Shown piece by piece: positions 38,177 to 44,643 of a DNA stretch of 44,643 bases (the stretch's first letter is position 1; each line of letters starts with the position of its first letter). Under the pieces are notes generated by a model. It was not told the origin of the DNA, made no database searches, and saw nothing but the letters and a program-made list of their open reading frames with translations. The stretch lies in the NCBI GenBank assembly GCA_040357565.1, contig JBDODJ010000086.1; one strand, 5' to 3'. The translations under genes were made by a program, and so were the position numbers. Source of the stretch: Cercozoa sp. M6MM (taxonomy: Eukaryota > Protista > Endomyxa: Ascetosporea).

Positions 38177-40215
38177 ATGTACTTGCTGGCTTCAATTGTG
38201 GCTGCTGCTTGCGTCGCTGATGCGCAGGCCAAGTTCAACCGTGAGTTTCTCTTTGCAAACAGTTGCTCAGCTTTCAGTTGCCGAATAATTTACCTTGAAT
38301 TTGGAACGATTGAATGAGTGAATGTGCTTGGGTTTTGAACAGCTGACGCGCTTGTCGCTGCAGGACTGCTGAGTGACAGCCATTCTGGTGGTAGGACTCC
38401 ACTTGCAATTTGGGTGCTTGTGCGTGTGACTGCTACATTGTTTCACTTGTATACTTACTGCACCAGGCGGAGGACGTGGTGGTATTTTCCTCTGTTATCT
38501 CGCTTCGCAAGTCGCTTTTTTGAGAGAGTGACTTGCCGTGACTAGTTGCATCATTTTATTTTGGCAGGTGGCGGTTCCTACGGCAGTGGTGATGCGCACT
38601 CCTACCAGGTACCCCGCATCTCAAACTGCCCTCCGCCCACGATCATGGGTCTTACGTGTTTTGGCAGGCTCCCAAGTACGAGACACCGTCGTACGACGCG
38701 CCCAAGTATGAGGCGCCATCGTATGAGGTGAATTGCACTGTACTTTCGTGTTCACTTTCTTGGAGACATATCTCGTGAGGATAAACCCAAGCACACTTTG
38801 CACAGGCTCCCAAGTATGAGGCTCCTTCGTATGAGCAACCCAAGTATGAGGCACCTTCGTATGAGCAACCCAAATACGAGGCTCCGTCCTACGAGGTACT
38901 CTTGTCTTGAGATACTGTATCCCAAAGCACAGGCTGTCCCCCATCAATCAGCTTTGCTTTTCGGTAGCAACCCAAGTACGAGGCGCCTTCGTATGATGCG
39001 CCAAAATACGAGGTATATCTTCCATTGACTTTCTAAAGCTTCAGTTGTAATGTGAATTCACTTGAGCTGTTGCTGATACATCTGCAGGCACCGAAATACG
39101 ATGCTCCCAAGTACGAGTCCGGAAGCTACAAGATGAACCCTCAGTACAAGGCACCCAAGTACGAGTCGCCGAAATACGAGGTACCCGTGTCTACTGCTTA
39201 GTGTGCAAAACTGTTTTGCATGCACTTTTGAATCTTGTTGTAGGCACCCAAGTACGAGGCTCCTTCGTATGACGCACCCAAGTACGAGGCACCGTCCTAC
39301 GAGCAGCCCAAGTACGAGGCACCGTCCTACGAGCAGCCCAAGTACCAAGCGCCTTCGTACGATCAACCCAAGTATGAGGCTCCTTCCTACGACCAACCCA
39401 AGTACGAGGCTCCTTCGTACGAGGTACCTACTTACCTTCTCTAGTTCTTGCATCTTTACACATAAACGTGACATTTCACAGCAACCCAAGTACGAGTCGC
39501 CCAAGTATGAACAACCCAAGTACGAGTCGCCCAAGTATGAGCAACCCAAGTACGAGTCGCCCAAGTATGAGCAGCCCAAGTACGAGTCTGGCAGCTACCA
39601 GATGAACCCTCAGTACGAAGCTCCCAAGTACGAGACGCCCAAGTACGAGGTACAGCAAACCTCTCTCGCTGTGTGCCGGCGCTCTGTCAGTACTGCTCTA
39701 TATGTTTGCCTGCACCAGGCGCCCAAGTACGAAGCTCCGTCGTACGAGCAGCCCAAGTATGAAGCTCCCTCCTACGATCAGCCCAAGTACGAGGCACCGT
39801 CCTACGAGGTACAAACACATTTCCTCGAAATCAAGTGATTGGGACATGTGGAAAGCATGTTCCAACAGACTCCCAAGTACCAGGCTCCTTCCTACGATCA
39901 GCCCAAGTACGAAGCTCCGTCCTACGAGCAGCCCAAGTACCAGGCGCCTTCCTACGATCAGCCCAAGTACGAGGCTCCGTCCTACGAGCAGCCCAAGTAC
40001 GAGTCGTCTCATGAGGAGTACAAGCAGGTAGCTCAGTCTCAAACAGTGCTCCCCACTTTGGTCGCTGTTCTCCGTGACTCTCGGCTGTTCTGATGCAGGG
40101 CGAGCGCGTCTACGGCAGCGGTGGTGGCCGTGCGCGTGGACGTGGCCGTGCGCGTGGACGTGGACGTGGCCATGGCCGTGGCCGTAGCCACGGACGACGC
40201 CGCCGTGGCTACTAA
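38177..40215 (+). CDS. Secreted Tyr/Pro/Lys/Glu pentapeptide-repeat structural protein with Gly-Arg tail, 13 exons
   Basis: Signal MYLLASIVAAACVADAQA; (A/Q/S/T)P(K/S)Y(E/D/Q) repeats; ends GRARGRGRARGRGRGHGRGRSHGRRRRGY*; all introns GT-AG in consistent phase. Confidence 0.85.
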
Positions 40216-40563
40216 ATTACTAGGCACGGGTCTCGGCCGAGTTGCAAAATCAAACTGACGCGAACTGAACGACAGAAACATCCTTTTAGTCTGTGCCAAC
40301 GCAAGTTGCACTCAGTTAAACTTAGTGCACTAGCTGTGGACAAACATTCAATTCAATTCACTCGACTAAGTAAGTTAGAAACAAAATTCACTTCAACGCA
40401 AGCAATAATACAATATAGCAAAACAACTGCTGCCGTGCACGCGCGTCGACCGGGGCAAGATGGAAAGCTGCTTTATAGCCGAGTATGTGCAGACTGACCA
40501 TGGGACAGGCTACTCTGAGAGCACGGACCAACAGCGACGCGACCGGACGCGAACGGAAGTGGG

Positions 40564-41232
40564 TTAAACATCTGCACGAGGAGCTTCCAGCACGCCGGCG
40601 CGTCGGGACTTTTTCTGGCCCTTCGTGATCGGTCGCGAAGCGCGGTCGGAGTGCTGTCGAACAATCGGCCAGCCAAAGACCGCCACGCCATCGTCATTGT
40701 TGCTGCCGCCGACGTTGTTGTTGCCGCTGACAGGTTGTGGCTGCGGCTGCGGCTGCGGCGCGACAGGAGGCGACGGAGCAGCAGCGGCGGGCACGTGACT
40801 GTGAGTCTCAACATCTTGCCCATCACCGCGGCCCTGCGATTCGATAGTACCCATCGCGGAGGCTCTGCGATCTAGAGAAAGAAAAGGGCAGCGTACACGG
40901 CGAGTGCATCGTCGAGGTCCCTCGACGCAGAGCCAAGCGTGACAACGTCGTTTTCATCATCAGTGTACTCGAGCTTGAAGGACGGGCCCACAAGCGCCTC
41001 GACTAAATTACACAATAGAATCTCATTTGCTCCATGCGCAAACACATGTCTTCAGCATGCGCATTCGAGCATCGTCAGCACCCTCAGTTTCACCGTCGTC
41101 TGCGGAGAGATTCCATCAGAAGTCAAATCAGCTCACACTGACATGTTAGAACTTGGGACAAACACAAAAAAGACTACCAAACGAGATTCGTCGGATCTCG
41201 CCCGTTGGGAGCACTAATTTTACAACCGACAT
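40564..41232 (-). CDS. Small PB1-domain protein with Pro/Gln-rich tail
   Basis: MSVVKLVLPTGEIRRISF (basic Lys and RR) plus OPCA-like FKLEYTDDENDVVTLGS. Confidence 0.75.
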
Positions 41233-41453
41233 TATGCTCTGCCTGCGTGCTCCTCTAAACTTGATAAAACGAAAAAGCTGGGAAGTGATCCCGTGCCTGC
41301 TGCACCTTTCTGTTTCTGTTTCCCAGAAAAGTGAGGTGCTCTGATCTTCTGTTTTGTCATACTCGCCAATACAACCGACTGAGTGTGGCGTCCTTCTTGG
41401 GTATGTTCGGGCTGTAGAGGCGTGTGCGAGTGAAACTATTGAAAAAAAAAGAG

Positions 41454-41526
41454 TGTACCTGGTGGGGATTGAACCCACGACCTTTGGTGTGTAAGACCAA
41501 CGCGATAACCACTACGCTACAGATAC
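41454..41526 (-). tRNA. tRNA-Val(UAC), copy 1
   Basis: Cloverleaf GTATCTG/CAGGTAC acceptor stem; TTGGT-CTTACAC-ACCAA anticodon arm; GTGGG-TTCAATC-CCCAC T arm; downstream poly-T Pol III terminator. Confidence 0.96.
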
Positions 41527-41890
41527 AGCAGTCTGCGACCGGTAACTGATATGCGTCATTGTGCAGGAATATCGATTTAGACACACTCCATTTAAATCAC
41601 TTTACACGTTTCATGGGCCAACATCACGCAGAGCTGTGCAAATAGAGCACGGCCAGTATTTGCGCAGTTGCAAGATAAACTCCATCAGACTCCACAAGAA
41701 ACTTGCGTCAGCGTCCTGGCACCGAGCATCCGCGCGGACAGGACTACGAAACCAACTCCCCAACTGCAGGACGACTTCCGCTGGCAAGTCACAGTGGCAA
41801 GCTAGTAGCCTCCGAGCACCTCTGTCTCGTGTAACTTAGGTACGGCATCCGTATCATCAGTATCGTGTGTGTTCACAAAACTGAAAAAAG

Positions 41891-41963
41891 TGTACCTGGT
41901 GGGGATTGAACCCACGACCTTTGGTGTGTAAGACCAACGCGATAACCACTACGCTACAGATAC
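41891..41963 (-). tRNA. tRNA-Val(UAC), copy 2
   Basis: Identical to copy 1; followed by T6 terminator. Confidence 0.96.
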
Positions 41964-42886
41964 TGATACATTGGCAGAGCACATGCACCTCTATTGCGAG
42001 ACATCGAAATGGGTGGACTTATTGCTCCATGGGCCAAGATCAGCTACAGAAATACACTAAAATTTAAATCAAGAGATTATTGCCCAGGGCACTCCTAATG
42101 ATAATTTGCGGCTGGCGGGGCTTTCCGTTCATCCTACGTGGCAGCTAGTGCATCGTTGCAAGTTAGCTATAATCTCAAGGTCGCAAGTTAACGCGTTAAC
42201 AATGAATGAGTTGAATCGGGGCGTTCAGTTGGTGCTGGTGTATTTAAACTTAGATCTACGTTTCAGCTGCGATACTGAGTAGATTTGATAAAGAGCGGAA
42301 AGTTGTATGATGATGGTGTCCGAAGACACCGGGGCATGCGCACCGCTTTTACTCAGCATGTACGAATAGAGGAAGGTTCCTCGGGAAAGGGGTGTTTGCT
42401 CGATTACCTTGTTCACTTGACGGGGCGTTGACCCGACTGTTGCGTCGGTCGCCGGACGTCCGGCCAAAAGACACTCTCGCATTATGCGTCAATGAATCAC
42501 ATTCCTAACTAACGAGACGAACCGACACCTACCGATGTTGCCGTGCCGACGCGAGGCATACTGACCCTACGTCCAGTCTCGGTAGGACTGTTCGTGATTG
42601 CGATTGTCAGTTAGTTAGTTAGTTGAGTCTTCTAGGAAACCAACCATGTAGTTCCCCTGTGCCAGTCTGGGTGGGTCACAAGAGCATGGCCGTGTCTACC
42701 GCCCGCTTACTATAAATTGCCAGTTTTCCCTCAGCCACTTGTCTATCATTTGATCTGGACTTTCGTTTTACTGGACTTTCGTTTTACTTTTTGGCGTATC
42801 GCCACAAAGACGCGTACGGTAACTGATCATGAATGTGTACAATAAGCCGGACGGTGCCGCGCAAGAGCTGCTGCTGTCCGATCGGA

Positions 42887-43759
42887 CTAGCCGTAGCAGC
42901 GAATGGCGGAGCGGTCGCCCTTGAGCGAACACTGGCCGCCCTTGGCCAGGTAGTTCTGGTGGTACTCCTGTTGGTACAAAGCAGCGTAGGGTGGTGTGGA
43001 TGGTATTACTGTATGGGAGGGTAGCATACCTCGGCAGGGTAGAAGGTCGCAGCCTCGGCAATCTCGGTCACGACGCTGCTGCCTTGTGCAGCCTTGCTGG
43101 CCTCGGCCTGTTGGCTGGAGGAAACACTTTATACTAGTCAGACAGACACATAGACACACAGACACACCGCTGCTCGTCGTTGTGCCAGAAGATGGCGCTG
43201 CGGTACTGCGTGCCGACGTCGTTGCCTTGCCTGCACATGGGGGTAAGCGGAGGCAGATGGCAAGGTACCATACTGGTTGTACATACAGTCCATCCGTATG
43301 AAAGAGCAGAGCAAACCGATTGAGAGTGGTGGCGTCGTGTCGCTCCCAGAAGAGACGCAACAGGTCGCCGAACGACAGTGTGTTGGCGTCGTAGGTCAGC
43401 TCGCAGGCCTCGGCATGCCCAGTGTCACCGCGACACACCTCCTGGTACGTTGGGTTCTCCTTGTGGCCGCCCGTGTAACCCACACGCGACTCCAGCACGC
43501 CCGGCAGTCGATTGAACGCGAGTTGCACCGACCAGAAGCAGCCCATCGCCTGGAACAACCACACATTGCCCCCAAAACTTCGTATCGAACCTGTTGCTGA
43601 AGTCGAGGTTTACAAAGGTCGCCTTCTCGGGTCGCACATCCTCACTGGGCGCATCGCGAGCAAGGAGCTCTATCAGATAAAGGTACAGTGGACTCGTACA
43701 TGTCCAGGGGAGAAAATAACGGCACCTGAAAACACCGGACCGGTCGACTTGGACGCCAT
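42887..43759 (-). CDS. MSRA: Peptide methionine sulfoxide reductase A
   Basis: ATF|AMGCFWS; VGYTGG; NPTYQEVC; TGHAE; [14 protein letters not shown]; FYPAE|EYHQNYL; C-terminal QC...IRCYG. Confidence 0.95.
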
Positions 43760-44364
43760 TGCACTCTGCCACGAAGAAGAGAAAACTCGCTTCAATTGCT
43801 TCAGCATACAGATCGTCTAGGCACTTGAATACCCGTGTTTCTACTCGACACTTGTAGAAATACACTTTCAGTTAGCAATAGAGGTTTGTTATGCGCGTCT
43901 ATGCAGAATCTTCCCGGCTGCTTTCGTTTTTGTTCTGCGAAATCACGGCTCGGGCCCCAAAGTACCCCTTGGTTAAACCGCTTAACGTATTCAGCAGTGT
44001 GTGCCACTAGTTTAGGTGTTATAGTCAATGAAGTTAGTATTTGTTCGGACTTAATAGTGAAGGATTTGTTTTGCTAGGTATCTCCTGCATTACATCCTGA
44101 GGATTGTCAAGTGTTGTGCAGACCTGACTTCCTAGCTTGGGTCAAGCTTTGTACAGCTCACGCACTTCGACTGCAGGTATCTCTTCTCCAGCTTCCTTCT
44201 ACGGAGCATCCCTTCGCACTTGATACATTCTGCCGTGATGGTCTTGGGCTGTTCTTTTAATTGCCATCAACAAGCCTTCGAGCTTTCGACGACCTTTTCT
44301 ACAATGGTATGTCTTCAAATCCTCCGCATCGACTCCATTCTAACTGACGTTTTACTTCATCTAT

Positions 44365-44643
44365 TTAGTCGTCTTCGCTTCGCTTCAATACCTTAGTTAC
44401 TGGTTTCCATACCGTAACACTTGGGAGAAGTCCTACCGTAACCGAACATACACCACCTACAAAACTCGTACTAGGCAATGCTGGCACTGGCGTTGAGTTT
44501 GAGACGTCGACGCAGCCACTCGCCCTGTCAATGCAAGGAAGGGTACAGTCGTACAACACGGTGGTACAGTCACACACTGTACCGGCGGAAGGACGTCGAG
44601 TTGTCGCCGCAGCTGCTGCACGCGTTCGTCGTCCTGTACAGGG
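44365..44643 (-). CDS. Possible 3' end of a Cys-containing gene entering from the right edge
   Basis: NACSSCGDNSTSFR|ASGCVDVSNSTPVP joined across a GT-AG intron. Confidence 0.3.
   Translation of the reverse strand, partial: PCTGRRTRAAAAATTRRPSAGTVCDCTTVLYDCTLPCIDRASGCVDVSNSTPVPALPSTSFVGGVCSVTVGLLPSVTVWKPVTKVLKRSEDD

Noticed and set aside
42755-42790. SECIS or selenoprotein MsrA
   Set aside because: The catalytic codon is TGC (Cys); the 3' feature is only a 16-nt direct repeat
20899-43759. Sulfur/redox cluster (sulfurtransferase plus MSRA)
   Set aside because: About 20 kb apart with unrelated genes between; no evidence of linkage
1-44643. Stop-codon reassignment or widespread non-canonical introns
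   Set aside because: Conserved genes I spliced (TRM6, PTPA, MSRA) read through with the standard code and GT-AG introns, apart from one likely GC-AG; TAA, TAG and TGA all serve as stops

Overview
Eukaryotic nuclear DNA from a compact, very intron-rich genome, most likely a protist (inference; taxon not determinable here). Introns are mostly GT-AG and about 50-70 nt, some expanded by microsatellites, and there are three N-gaps. The ORF track is misleading, so I spliced genes by eye; exon boundaries are approximate and unverified. Recognisable genes: nucleolin/Nsr1-like 2xRRM protein, TRM6, a CD225/dispanin (IFITM-like) membrane protein, a multi-PH DH-PH RhoGEF, PTPA, a 3-mercaptopyruvate sulfurtransferase, a Rad5/16-like SNF2 ATPase, a secreted laminin-EGF/EGF protein, a secreted Tyr-rich pentapeptide-repeat protein, a PB1 protein, two identical tRNA-Val(UAC) genes and MsrA, plus several orphans. 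Best leads: the dispanin-like gene, the exon-modular Tyr-repeat protein, and the SNF2 with SIM-like motifs but no RING. I see no evidence for a co-functional multi-gene system.
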